Shown here piece after piece: positions 44,141 through 57,457 of a DNA stretch of 64,000 nt. Under the pieces are notes generated by a model. It saw only the letters and a list, made by a program, of their open reading frames with translations, was not told the origin of the DNA and did no database searches. How positions within the stretch are numbered: the stretch's first letter is position 1; each line of letters begins with the position of its first letter. This stretch comes from the human T2T-CHM13v2.0 reference genome, Homo sapiens. Position numbers and translations under genes: made by a program. The stretch is from assembly GCF_009914755.1 (NCBI RefSeq), contig NC_060938.1. One strand, given 5' to 3'.

Positions 44141-45619
44141 AGTGGTGATGCTCGTGGTGGTAAGGGCCACCCACCTGGAACCCAGAATGTGGCTCTTCCA
44201 GGGATGGTGGCAAACCTTTGGCCACCTTGGCAGTGATGAAACACCAGCCTTTGGTCTCTGGCCAAAAACTGCCTCTCCGGGGGCCCACCCCATGCCTGGC
44301 ATCCTGAACTTGCTCTTGGGCTATTTAGAATCAACCTGATCCCTCTTATCCACCCAGACTCAGTTTCCCAACCTGGTAAATTGGGGCCAGTTGAACAGGC
44401 TGACATTCCCTGACAAACAGCCTGTCGTTCTATTGCCGCCTGCTACAAGTGCACCTTTCACTTTCTGCAAACAAAACAAAAAATAAAAAAAACCTCTGCT
44501 GCTTCCTGGCATTCTTGGGGCTCGCTCATCCGGGGGTGGACCAAGGGTGGGCCTCTTTTCAGGGATGCCGGTGCTGTGACCTCCCCCAGGGCCCATCTCC
44601 ACTGGGGCAGCTAGAAGGGGAGAAGCCGGCTTGAGTTCCCACTCCCCACGCGCCTGCCACTTCCAGCGCAGAAGCAATTTGCTTTCATTATGAAGGCCAT
44701 GGCAGAGTCTGTTTGCAGAAGGACTAAGCTCCTCAGCTGCCTGTACTGCGGGGAAAATTTTCCTTAATTATTTTTTTATAGCCTAACTTTTGTGTGAGAG
44801 GGTTTGTTATTATCCCTGCCTCGCTTGAGAGTCATAAGCCCGCAAGAAGAACCATAAATAAAACTTTACTTAATATTCAAAGTCTGTACGATGAGATGAT
44901 GGATGGGGGGTGGGCAGGCGGCCCCCCCACATTGGCGGAGGTGCACCCGGCTTTCTGCCGGAAGGCAATTACTTTCAGCTCCTTGTAATCAGAACCGCTT
45001 CCTACCTCTGCATTTTGTTTTTCCAACTTTCTCATTTAAAACCAGGCTGGGTGACATTGTATCCCATTTGTATTGTGTCAAGGGAGATTACTTGGGGCGC
45101 TGCTGTGCCCAGGGCCACTGGGATGGCAATACTTTACCTGAGAATCCACCTCTGAAACATTGAAGCACGGCGGCAGCAAAGGCAGGGCCATGATTTGAAC
45201 CCCAGATTCTGAAGCGTGGGGGACAAATGCCTGGCAGTGGAATTAATTTTTCTTGAGGAATAGAAGAGCTATAACGTTTCCCTCTATTATTTCAAAACCT
45301 GGAAGCTGACTCTCTAGGGGCCTGAGCTACCACAGGTAAAGTGGAAATGGAGGGGGCTGTCCTGGAATACACCAACGTTCTTGATTCCTCTTCTGCAGGG
45401 ATCAAGAGGTCTGCTGTGTGACCTTCTTCAAGTTCCTGACCCTCTCTGGGCTGCAGTCACCTTATTCAGAAAATGGAGAGGCTAGACAAGAAAATGATGC
45501 TAATCTCACCCTTTTCTGGGCTGGCATTTTATTGAGCACCTACTAGGCGCTGGGCATTTTGCTAGGCCCTTCGTGCACACTGCCATGAGAAATCCACAGC
45601 AACCCCAGAGATGGGTTCA

Positions 45620-45985
45620 TCAATAACTCACCAGCAAATACTTCCTGAGGCCCCACTGTGTGCCGAGCATGGGCATAGGTACTGGGCACACCTCGATGAA
45701 CAAGGGAGGTAAGGATGTGACTCTCCTAGACCTTTCTGTCGAGAAGAGGAGATGGAGAATAAACATGGAAACAAGCAAGATCATTCTGGAGAAAATGCAA
45801 TCAGATGATGTGCTAGATGGTAACAGAGAGAGGTCGAATGAGAGAGAGGGCCGTGACAGCCTCTCTGAGAAGCTGAAATCCAAGCAGAACCTGAAAGACG
45901 AGGAGAAACTCAGATACATAAAGACTGGGAAAAGCATTCAAGTAGAGGGAACAGTGCGTGCAAAGGCCCTGAGGTGGGTGCAGTA
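45620..45985 (-). mobile_element. L2 LINE 3' end (antisense)
   Basis: cagcaaatacttcctgaggccccactgtgtgccgagcat...gatgaacaag...gcctctctgagaagctga...gaaaagcattcaagtagagggaacagtgcgtgcaaaggccctgagg follows the L2 reverse consensus collinearly. Confidence 0.85.
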
Positions 45986-45986
45986 G
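45669..45986 (+). CDS. LINC00523: Putative 105-aa ORF of LINC00523 (C14orf70); coding status doubtful
   Basis: [20 protein letters not shown]...[11 protein letters not shown], 105 aa, recognised from memory as the C14orf70 putative protein. ATG has a strong Kozak context (agcATGg). Not verified by search. Confidence 0.6.
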   Translation: MGIGTGHTSMNKGGKDVTLLDLSVEKRRWRINMETSKIILEKMQSDDVLDGNRERSNEREGRDSLSEKLKSKQNLKDEEKLRYIKTGKSIQVEGTVRAKALRWVQ

Positions 45987-46399
45987 ATACCACAGGCCCC
46001 CTCACTCGAGACCACTCCAAGCACCTCCTGCCCTCTTGTGCCACAGAGCTCAGAAAGCTAAAGCAATGTTCCCCAGAGGTCCTGTGGCCAAGGTCCTGCA
46101 TGGGCTTGGGTGACCCCTGCAGAAGCTTCTGAGCAAGACTGAGCAGGGAAAGAAAGGCCATGTCAGAAAACCACCCTCCAGCGAGCATGGAGGCAGAGAG
46201 TCTCATCCTGGCATCCCAGGTGCTGAGCAGAGCAGACAGCAGCAGAGGGGCTCCCTAGAGCAGCTGGGGGCCCTGCCTGTGCCGTCGCTCTTTCCCCTCC
46301 CTGCCCTCTGGTCTGACATCCCATTGGCATCACACACGATGCCTCCCGGAGGTGCTCTTGTGCACACAGCAGGTCAAAGTGCCAGAGAATTAGATCCTG

Positions 46400-46650
46400 T
46401 CCTCTTGGGAACAGCCCTCAGCCAGCAGTGAGCCCTTAGGAGGATGCTCCAAGCTCTATCCTCCCCGGGTCCAGAGGCCCTGGGATGGAGCGCCATTGTG
46501 GAAGCAGTGACAACTTGATGAAGCTCCCTGGGCTGGCCCCTTCCTCTCTGCCTTGTTCCCCGTTCCCTGCAGTCCTGCAATCACCTCCCAAATAAACCAT
46601 GTGCCCTTGCTGGAATACTTGTCTCTGGGTCTGCGTCTGGGCACCTGCAC
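46400..46650 (+). mobile_element. ERVL-class LTR fragment (LTR33-like) carrying AATAAA at 46591
   Basis: tcacctcccaaataaac...cttgtctctgggtctgcgtctggg resembles the 3' end of LTR33-type LTRs. Confidence 0.6.
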
Positions 46651-47219
46651 GGCACGTGCTTGTGTGTTTCTCTCAGCTGATTTTGTTCCCACATGGGCAG
46701 AGTCAAGCTTGGTTTCCTGGAGATCTCAAAAGGCTTCGGGCACCCCCGACCAGCCCCATTCTGATGAAATTCATGAGAAGGGATCCCGATGACGACAACT
46801 AAGACCTGCTGGATACTCTAGGTGTCTACTCTCATCAGCCCCTTTCTCCAGGCAAGCTCATGAGACTTGGGGATGGCGCTGTCCTGGCTCTTGGGGTGAT
46901 GGATTCTCAGGCTCCTGCCTTGGTCCTGGGCTGGCCCTCATCCTTTGGTAAGTGTGCTCTTTGCAGGAACTGAAAAGGTTAATGGGGCTTCCGCAGGCTC
47001 CCAGCCAGCTGCTAGGTAGCAGCTTGGACAGCCTGACGATGTAGCTCATTAGGTAGCTGATTACAGATGAGGACGGCAGCATTATCTCACTCCTCAGGCA
47101 GAGACGCGGCCACGAGCCGGCTGCCCTGCCAGCCCTCTGACAATAGCATCGCGTTGTTTGCTTAGCTCAGGCAAACATGCTGCTCTGTACCTGGCCGGGG
47201 GTTGGGGGTTGGGCTCAGG

Positions 47220-47590
47220 GACTCAGAGGAGGAAGCAGCTCAGCTTCTCTCCAGGGGCACCCAGCAGACAGTGAAAGCGCCAGCCAAAGCCCCTGGTAAC
47301 AGGAGACAGAGGGCTCCTGCTGCCCTGACTGCTCTCGACCCGCCCTCGACCCGCAGATACAGGGGTGGGAGCCCACTAACATCCTGTGACCGACACCGGC
47401 AGGCAGCGAGAGATGGGAGGCAGAAGAGCGAGCCCAGGGTCCCCAGGGCTTCGTGAAGCTGTGGAACCAACACCAGCAACTGTCCACCTCCAGGTTTCTC
47501 TCTAAGTGAGAAAAAAAAAAAAGCCTCGTGTGTTTAAGCCGACACAGATTGAGTTTGCTGTAACTTGCCTCCAATACCATTCATAATTTA
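47220..47590 (+). mobile_element. Old MLT1 (J/K/L-type) LTR
   Basis: tgtccacctccaggtttctctctaagtgagaaaaa...gtgtttaagcc...ctgtaacttgc. Confidence 0.7.
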
Positions 47591-48014
47591 TAAGCTCATG
47601 TGCTGGCCCACAGAAGCAATCTGAACAAATTCTGAAAGTTTAAATCACTTGAGTCATGTTAAAAACAGTGCGGGATCTCCTTTATGTCCTCAGGAAACAA
47701 CCTCCTCCAGGCCTCCACCCCAACCTTGGCCATCCCTTGGTGAAGGCACTTTACCACATTGTCATATACATAAGTAGCATGTGCTTTGGAGTGTGAGCTC
47801 TTGAGGCCAGCCCAGGGTCTGGCACAGAGCCCGACTTGGGGAGATGGTCAGATGGTGTTTGTTGAATGACTGAATGGTGTGCATGAATGAGTGAAATGGG
47901 ATTCTCATGAGAAGGGCTGATTCAAGACCCTTTCCAATTCTGTGAGTCCACAATTCCTCGCTGAATTTGGGGCTAGTGAGGGAAGAACTGGGAGTTGAGT
48001 TGGTGCTGAACTAA

Positions 48015-48165
48015 AGCCCTGGTTTGTGGTGTTGCCAATTTCCCTGGTGTAAATACTCCCACCATGGCTGGTTCAAGCTGCCAAATGTTTAAAAAACAGC
48101 TCACAAGATCTCTTGAAAATTTAACAACGGGTTCTTACGAGCCAGTCAAGCCATCTCCAGCCCCG
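48015..48165. mobile_element. MER63-type hAT DNA transposon fragment
   Basis: ggtgtaaatactcccaccatggc...ttcaagctgccaa...gaaaatttaacaa...gagcc. Confidence 0.7.
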
Positions 48166-50669
48166 CGTTTATTTCTACTCATTTTCCTTCCTTCCGAGCA
48201 GGAGGCGCAAGGGAGTCCATCTCTGCAATGGAGACTGAGGGGGAAAGGGGCCAGAGGGTGGGCATGCAGATGTCGTAAGGGGCTTGGAGTTTTTCCTAAG
48301 GGCAGTGTTATTTATTTTTAAGTGTGTTCAGATTGGCATTTTACTGTGCTTCTGAGTAGTGCAGACAGGAGGGGATTAGAGCCAAGTTGCCATAGGCAGG
48401 CAGGGGAGCTGGGAGGCTGCTGGTCCCGTCCCAGTGGAGAAGGAGTGGGGGATTAGGAACTGCTGAGAAGTGGTGGTACTGCAGCCTCATGCTGGCCTGA
48501 CCGTGGCTGGCCCGGGGGCTGTTACAGGAGGGTGACCCAGCGGGGCCACTGCATGAGTGCTGGTGCCATTTTCTGAGATGGGAAAAAAAATTGGAGGAGG
48601 AGTAAGATTTAGGGGAAAGAAGAGGAAACTCTTGCCTGCCTGCCCATTTTCCTCCTGAATTCTCCCCTTTGGGGAGGTCTGGTCTGGGGCCTGGAGGGCT
48701 CTTGCATAAGGCACAGCCTGCCATTTGGTTAGTAGGGGAAGGGGTGGAGGGATGGATGAGAGGTTAAGCAGACAGATACTGACTACGGCTGTGTGTGTAC
48801 AGGGACTTCTGGAGGGTCCTGACATGAGGGGATGCAGTGAGGACACTCCACAGTGCCCGCTGCGGAAACAAGGGACCCAGCTTGAGATGTGCAAAGGACT
48901 TTGAACGCCAGGGAGCAAAATGAGTGTGACAGCAAGCAACCTGTGGTCCTCCGGCTGGGACCCTGGCTGGGCTCTGAGATGCTCCCCACTGGGTTTGGGG
49001 GGCTGCACGGGCAGCCAGAAGGCCAGCTCAGGACTTTTTCTGGGGGCACACGACACAGTCGTTTCCCAGGCCAGACAGGTACACAGGATTAATAAGGCCA
49101 ACACGCTCTCCCGGGGGTGTGCAGCTGAGCTAGCCTTGCTCCAACTGAACCATCAATCACTCCCCGCTAATAGCTCTGCAGGCGGCCACTCTCCCCACCA
49201 AATTTAAAGCGAGAATCCGGGCTGCTAGGAGGAAGATGCTGCAGCCCCTAACCACCGTAATTATGAAGTCTTGTTGGGGAGAGATGCTTATCTTTAATGT
49301 TAAGTGAACAGAGCAGGAGACCAAACGTCCTGCCTGCGTGTGTGCGTCCATGTGCAGAAACGTCTGCCTGGAAACAGGGCTGCCTGAGACCCTGTCACTT
49401 TCAAAGTGGGGATGGAGAAATGAGCTGGGGGCACTTCTTACCATTAAAACTGCAATTAATGATATTGATACCTTATTCTTTTATTTTAAAATGTTATCTT
49501 TTCTCTTTACCTTAAAAGGAATCAGTTCACTGTGAAATAGGTGGGAAATATATGAACACAAAGAAGGAAATTGAGACCCCATAAGGCCCTGCCACAGGCC
49601 AATGACCAGGGTGGGGGTTTTTGTTATGGGTTTTGCCCCATGGCTAGGTGCATGCACGTTTTGTTGTTTTTACATAGTGGAGATGATTCACTGTATTTTT
49701 AATATGTATTTTTAAGTAAGTGACTAGTCCCAGGGGTGGGGCTGAACTGAGAATGCACATTCTGTTAATTTAACCAGTAAATCCGATTTTCAAATTCCCC
49801 TTACAGGGAGAGAAAGGAGAATATTTTGCTCACTTTCAATCGTTATCGACTCATCCCCCCAAAGCCGGCAATATCGACCCTGCCTTCCAACACACTTCTG
49901 GAGCTTGCCCGGCACACGGGGTTGATGCCGGGCGCTCCAAGGGGGCTGGAGCCCTCACCCCGGCTCACACTGGCCTGAGATGAAGAGGCAGCTACAAAGT
50001 GCTGAGGCTCAGGTGGTGTCCCTGGAGGAGGCCTCTCTGTGGTTCTCTGTGACTTAGAAAGTCAGAACTAAGGTTGGAGAAGCTCTGTCCTGGAAAGGCA
50101 TTCTGGGTGGGGGAATGGCCTAAACAAAGGTGGGGAGGCAGGAACGCAGATAAGGAGGCAGGCGGCCCGCAGTTCAGCTGGCTGGGAACGCAGCCAGCTT
50201 TTCTTTGGGTGTAGTCTTTTGCGCCCGGGTCATTCTGAAGAGTGACTTGGACTCTGAAGAGGCTCCCTGGTTACTCCCCACTTTTCCTCAAAGCTCCAGC
50301 GCTGCTTCCTCTGGGAAGCCTTCCATGGTTTCTCTGACGGAGACACTCCCCTACTCCAGGCCTGCAGCACTCACCTGCATCTCACACTGCAATGCAAAAT
50401 TTGTGTGATTAATGGGTTCAAATGTGCCCCCCTCCCCTGGACTTTACAGGGTGCTGGAGCTGCTGGCTTGCTGTTCCCAGTGCCAAGTCCCATATGGGTG
50501 CTCAGCCATATGGAAGGAAGGTGCTCACAGTCCCCACAATCTATCAACCCACCCTGCGGGTGGAGGTACCGTGACTGTGGCCCCCACACCCCGCCCCTCA
50601 AGCTCCTGCCTGGCTGGAGCGCCCGCCTGGACCTGCCTGGCCTCTCAGCTACTTTGTTGTGAGGTTCTA

Positions 50670-51056
<387 letters not shown>

Positions 51057-54000
51057 CTATTCTAGGAGACGAGGCAGCTGGAAGCAGAAACGCTGCTCTC
51101 TGCTTATGTGTGTGGAAATTTATTGTCTAGAGTACAGAATTCCGCTCGAGGCTCCAGTGTCAAAACAGACGCTAGGGTGAAGACCCAGCCCAGCCTCCCT
51201 CCTCAAGCCTGCTCTGCGCCCACCCTTATCCACATGGTGGCTTCCTGGAGCTCTTGCCGCCCCACTGGGTGAGGTGACAGCCTCCATTTCTTGAGGAGCA
51301 CTAACTCTGCCAGTCTGATGACATCCACAGAACCTGTGAGCCTCACGCCAGGGGGCAACCCAGGCTGACAGCTGTGGTGTCCACCTGGAACCTGCCCCGG
51401 AGGGCTTGGAAGTTGTGAAGCCCATACTCCTTCCACCGGGCATGCTGCTGGTGCTGGGTGCCCCGGGGAGCGCAGCAGCACAGCTCCCACCTCCCTGACA
51501 CAGAAGCCCAAGCCTGTGCTTCTGCCTGGCCTGGCCGTTTGAGAGGCCCCTTCCTTCCCCCAGAACCGGAAACTCCAGGCAATGTCAAGGTCATGCCTAG
51601 CCTGGAGGAAGTGCCTGTAAGCGGCCCAGCCCAGAGCACGGCGGGTGCAGCCCCCAGTGGAGACAGCGGGGTCCAACTTCCAGTACCCACTCATTGGCCG
51701 CATGCCTCTAGCACAAAGCTGTCTTTCACCCCACTCTGGTCTACAGAATCCTGGGAAATATATTTTCTGGTTGGAAATCCTTTGTTAGTTGGGCCTTCAT
51801 GGTACTGGCATCTGTGAGCCCCTTTCGGCACCTCTGGGAATGGCCCCCCGCAAACTCGCTGGGTCCCAGGGTGGAGGGTTAGGAGGCCTGGCTGGCCTCG
51901 GAGCCTCTGCCTGGCCAGGCCTCCGCCCCTTGGCTCGCCACAGCCCGCAGCTGCTGAGGATAATGCATGCGCTGGCCCGGGCCCAGCTCCCCTAAGCCAT
52001 GGAGAATTGCAGTTTAGCAAGTTCGTCAAATCCGCCTGAGGCAGGAGCCCAGAGCCACATCTGCAGCATCCAGGCATCCCAGCGGCTTCCTTATCACGTC
52101 CGCCTCCACCCAGGGCCTCTTCCCACAGGCCTGGATTAGGCCCCCGGCAGCTGGGCAGGGGTGGGGGCCAGGGGAGCAGGGGACGCTGAGCTGGGGACCC
52201 AGGGCCCCAGCCAGAGAGGCCCCGGTCTGCTCCGCCCTAACTTCCTTGTGTGGCCCTGAGGAGGGAGATGCAGCCTTCTGGGTGGATGGATCCTCCTGCC
52301 CATCCATGGGGTCCTGGAGGTGGCAGCCACAGCTGGGCAAACCCATACCCCCAGGCCAGGAAACAGCGGCTGGGCAAGGCTCATGCCGAGGGACCCAGGG
52401 GTGGCTTGAAGGGTGCTGGGAGAGCTCGGGCTCCTCGGGAAGGGGGGTGGGTAGAGGGAGCATGGACAGTGGGCCCTGTGCCAGCAAAGCACAGCATCTG
52501 GAGGAGGGTGGAGGCAGGAATGCTGTGGGGAGGTGGCCGGCAAGGTCTTAAGAGCCACGCTATGTTAGTGACGCTGGGTCTGGTGAGCTGCTGGGCTGGA
52601 GCAGGAAAGCCAGGAGGGATCTGAGGCCTGGACAGGGGGCAAGAAGTCCCCTCCCCTGCATTCTCAGCCTGGAGCCCAAGGATGTGGCATTCAGAGGCAC
52701 CTGTTTGGACCATCAAAGCATCTGTGAGGTCTACCAGGCACTTCCATGGCTGGGAAACATCAGTGGCCCCTTCCCCAAGAGGAACACTACAGGCTTCATG
52801 AACCACGGGGCCGAAGGGCCCAACCACTCCCTTTAGCCCCTCAGGGTAAGCCCAGCCAGGCTGCTGGGGCATCCACAAGGTCCCAGATGCCACCCAGAGA
52901 CTTGCTTACCTCCGGGACTAGAGAGCTCACTACCTCATTGAACGTGCATTCCTTTGTGGAGGAGGTCTCATAGCTAGGAAAGGGCTTTCTAGTACTGCTC
53001 CGGGGCCACAGCGCATCTGGAGGTGGCAGTCATGACCTTCTGGGCCTCCTTCCTCCAAACCAAGTCTCAGGGCTTCTCCTATCTGTTCCTTGCAAGACCC
53101 ACCGCAGTGCCCTCTCCTGAACAGGCATCAGTTGTCATTTTCTCCCAGAACTGAGTGTTAGTGCCTAGGTACAGTCTGCAGCCGACTCTCACCTCCCCAG
53201 CTATGAATACCATGCTCCTGTTAATTAAGCCCTAGGCGATCTGTGTTTTTTTTTGTTGTTTTTTTTTCTGATTGATCCATCACCCCATTGAGTCTTGCAG
53301 GGTGGTGTTGGTCCTTCTGGTGGTAATTGTGAATGAAGCAGGGGGACGACACATCCAGCTTGGGGAAACTGAGGCCCAGAGGGACAAGGCCTGGATCAAA
53401 GTTACACAGTTCATGGATGGCAGGGCTCAGGGAAGAGCCCTCCTGACCTCTGCCAGCAGCCTGCCCAGCCAGCACACGGTTCCTCCATCTAGGCCGAAAG
53501 ATGGGCCTATGTCCATTCTCCCTCCTCCCTCCACCCTTCCCGAGGCCCTCTCAACCCTCAGCCAAGCCAGGGAAGGTAGAACGTGAGCGCCCCGTGGGTC
53601 CTCAGATGGTCTTGATTACCGACAGAAGGAGAAAGGCCTTTGCCCTGTGTCCTGCTAACTGTTCCAGGGAATCCAGTGCATCCAGAGGCCTGGGGGCCAA
53701 GGTCTCACACAGCTGACCGCGTCCAGCACGTTCTGCAGACTCCGGGTGTTTCCAGAGATCGCTAGGCCTGCACATTCCTTCCTGCTGAGGGAACTCCCCA
53801 GCAAGGCAGAGGAGGCGGCCAGCTCCAGGAGGGCCTTGTGGTGGGAAAGGAAAGAGCTTGTGTCCACAGGCGGCTAATGTGCACCAGGTGCTGACGAGTG
53901 TCTCTCTTGTGACATGAGAAAGTGGGCGCCACACTCTTCTTCTCTTGCAGAGGAGAATGTGACTTAGAGAGGAGATGATAATGGTGGTCCCCTTCCAGGC

Positions 54001-56659
54001 TGTTGACAACTGACTTGGTTCATGTGAGAGCTCAGCTCAGAGCCTGGGACCAGTGGGTGTTTACCAGGAATTCTACTGCTGTTGTCCCAAGCCACATGGC
54101 TAGGTGGCTGCAGACCAGGGATTTGAACCCGTGTCCAGGAGACAACCCAGGGTGGCTCCTTTGTGGTAAAGGCCACGCTGTTTGGGGATGGTCCTCCCTT
54201 CCTGCACTGCCACCAGCCTGATCTCCAACCCAGAGGCTCCCAAGTGGTCACAACCCTGGTTCGAGTGTCCTGAGGACCGGTGGGTGCGAGGCGACAGCCC
54301 CTCCCTCCAGTACCGGCTGAGAACGCCTGGCTGTGGGAAGCCGAGGATGACCACCCCTGAACTGGGGTCCCCTTCCCTCCGCCTCCCCCCATTGTCACAG
54401 GCCACGTGGGTGTCCTGCGGGCAGGGTTCTGCCACCACCACAGAGGGCTGGCCGGCAGCCCGCAAGTTTCCACCAACTAATAAGTTTTACAAACCTCCAG
54501 CCTCATAAAAAAGCTCACAGTGGCCTGAACAACCATGGCCAAGAGTCTTGTGGGAAAGCGGATGGCCTTGAGGCCAGGCAAAGGCGATCTCGGCCAGAGG
54601 CCACTTCCTGCCTCTACTCAGACCTTTCCTAAGGCTTCAGACGTGACCATGCCCCTGTGGCCCCCTGGATAAAGACTATGCTCCTCCCTCGAGGGACCGG
54701 AAGAGGCCCTCAGCCCCAGCTACCGTGCCCCAGCAGCCCCACGCCCTCCTGCTGCCAGTGAGCTGTCTCTGCACTCCTGCTGCTGAGCGCAGGCCTTTGC
54801 GTGGGCCTGAATGCCCTTCCTGTCCCACCATTAGGGACACAGAGATAACTGACACTTCTGTATCCCAGAGGGCCCCCGGGGGGACACGGCATGTGATTGG
54901 ACAGTGATATCACAGGCTCTGACTGGGACCTGAGAGGGAGCAACACGGAGTCCGCATCTGGCTTCTCGTCCGAACGTGGGCCAGGGTAGCAAGGGGGCAC
55001 CCCGGCTGCAGGAAACAGCAGGCTCCAGGCAGAAGGGTCCATGATGCAAACACGTCCCTGAGCAGCCCGCTGGGGACCGGAGGGGCTGATGTGGAGAGTG
55101 CCTGGAGCAGAAGCGAGGGGGCATGGGTGGGGCAGTGGGCTGAAGGAGTGCGTGGGTTGTGGCAGAATTTTCAAGAAGGTGGGAGATGGGGGACACACAC
55201 GTGGAGGCTGATGCTTTCAGGAGAGAGGGACGTTGGGTTTGTGATTCTGGGGTGGGCCTCTGGGTATGAGCTGGGATTTGGGCACGTAAGAGCCTTGGGC
55301 ACATGGGGTCTTCAGTGGTAGGAGGATGAGGCCACCAGTAGCATGGCAGGAGGGGAGGGCATGGAGCCAGGACTGGCCCTCAGAGTGGCAGCTTTAGGAG
55401 GCAAGGGCAAGAGCCAGGCCTTTGGAGAAAGTCTGGGAAGGGGTCTTCAAAGAGGAGGGGGACTCGGGTCCCAAAGCCACAGGAAGAGGTGTTTCAGCAG
55501 GAGGGACCAGTCGGCTGCCTGGGGTGGCCACGACAGGAGCCGGGAGGGGCGTCATCGGCCTGGTAACCTGGGTCCTTGGCATCCTTGGGAGTGGGGGTAG
55601 AAGCTGGCGGGGGGCAGTGGCACTGGGTGTGAGCAGCTATGAGAAGATGGGGAGGACAGGCTGAGCTGAGGGGAGGGTGGGCGGGGATCTGCCTCCTGCC
55701 CCGTAACCCTGATGCTCACAGGGGCACTCCAAGGAGAGAAGGTTCACTCCGTCCCCTGCCAGGGATTGTCTGTGGGGGGCTCCGGGGGCTCTGCAGGACT
55801 TTGATGGACTCCTGGGGAGGCAGCTGTGGTTGTGGAGGGGACGCTGCTGCCCCCCGGAGCTGAGTTCATTCCCCATACCCTGCTCATCATGGTGCAAGCT
55901 GTCTGGGCCTCGGCTTGCTCATCTGCACTGTGAAAGCGCCAATGGGAACGTGCCGTGTGCTCCGGGTTGTGGAGAGGACTGGACGCCAAAGGTCCCCACA
56001 GGCAGGTTTTTCTGTCCCCGAAGTAGGTGGCCAGAGTCTCATAGCTTCTGATGGAGACTTAGCACTCAGTCTGGACGAGCCTTGGGGAGTTGAAGTATGG
56101 GCCTGCCCCTTGGCAGACTCAGAGCTGGCCCTTCTGTAAGTGTGCATTCAATCACATGAAAAGTGCCCAGGTCTGAGGAATCATCTGTTACCCAAGTCTC
56201 TTGGCAGCTGTCTCTGCTCAACGTGCTGGAGGGGCTGGGAACCACAGAGGGGCTGGCAGGGGCGGGCCAGCCTCCAGTAGGACCACGGCTTTGGTTTTCC
56301 ATCTGTAAGTGGGGCTGTGGCTACGTGAAAGTGAGCCCGCGCCCCCTGAATCCTGATGAAAGGGTCTTCTGCTGCCTGACTATGGGAAGGAGGGGCCATA
56401 TGGACCTGGAGCATGTTGACGCTGCCAGGGTCTTCCAACTGGACACAGAGGCCAGTCTCTCCCTTTGCAAGGGTCTTCCTTCAGCTGGCCTCAAAGAGAG
56501 GCTTCCAGGACCAGAGGGAAGGAACAGGGAGAGCCAGAGCCCACCTCCTCCTAACTCTGCCCACATTGCCCATGGCAGCTCCGTTTCTCCTCTGGAAGCC
56601 TCTCCCAAGGGTTGAAGAGAAGCTGGACCCTCCCAACTCCACACACACTCTGAAGATAT

Positions 56660-57136
56660 GCTTCCTATCTGTGCACACATGATCATAGCAGCATCACACA
56701 CAGTAGCCAGAAGGTGGACACAGCTGAGTGGCCACTGAAGGGTGGATGGAGAAACAAAATGTGGTCAGTCCACACGATGGAATACTATTCAGCCCTGAAA
56801 AGGAAGGAAATGCTGGCCCAGGCTACAACATGGGTGAACTTGAGGACATTATGTTGGGTGAAATAAGCCTGTCACAAAAAGTTAAATATGATTCCCTTTA
56901 TGTGAAGGAGTCAAAATCATAGAGACAGAAAGTAGGATGGAGGCTGCCAGGGCTGGGGGACAGGGAATAGGGAGTTAGTGTTTAATCTTTTGGGGTTTCA
57001 GTTTCGCAGGACGAAAGTTGTTCTGGAGACAGACAGTGGTGATGATTGCACACCAGTGGAAATGTACTTAATACCACTGAAATGTACACTTAAAAATGCT
57101 GAAGATGGTAAAGATTCTTTTACTACAATTAAAAAA
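56660..57136 (+). mobile_element. L1MB-type LINE 3' end
   Basis: aaacaaaatgtggtc...atggaatactattcagccctgaaaaggaaggaaat...gaatagggagttagtgtttaat...gtacacttaaaaatg. Confidence 0.85.
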
Positions 57137-57139
57137 TCA

Positions 57140-57457
<318 letters not shown>

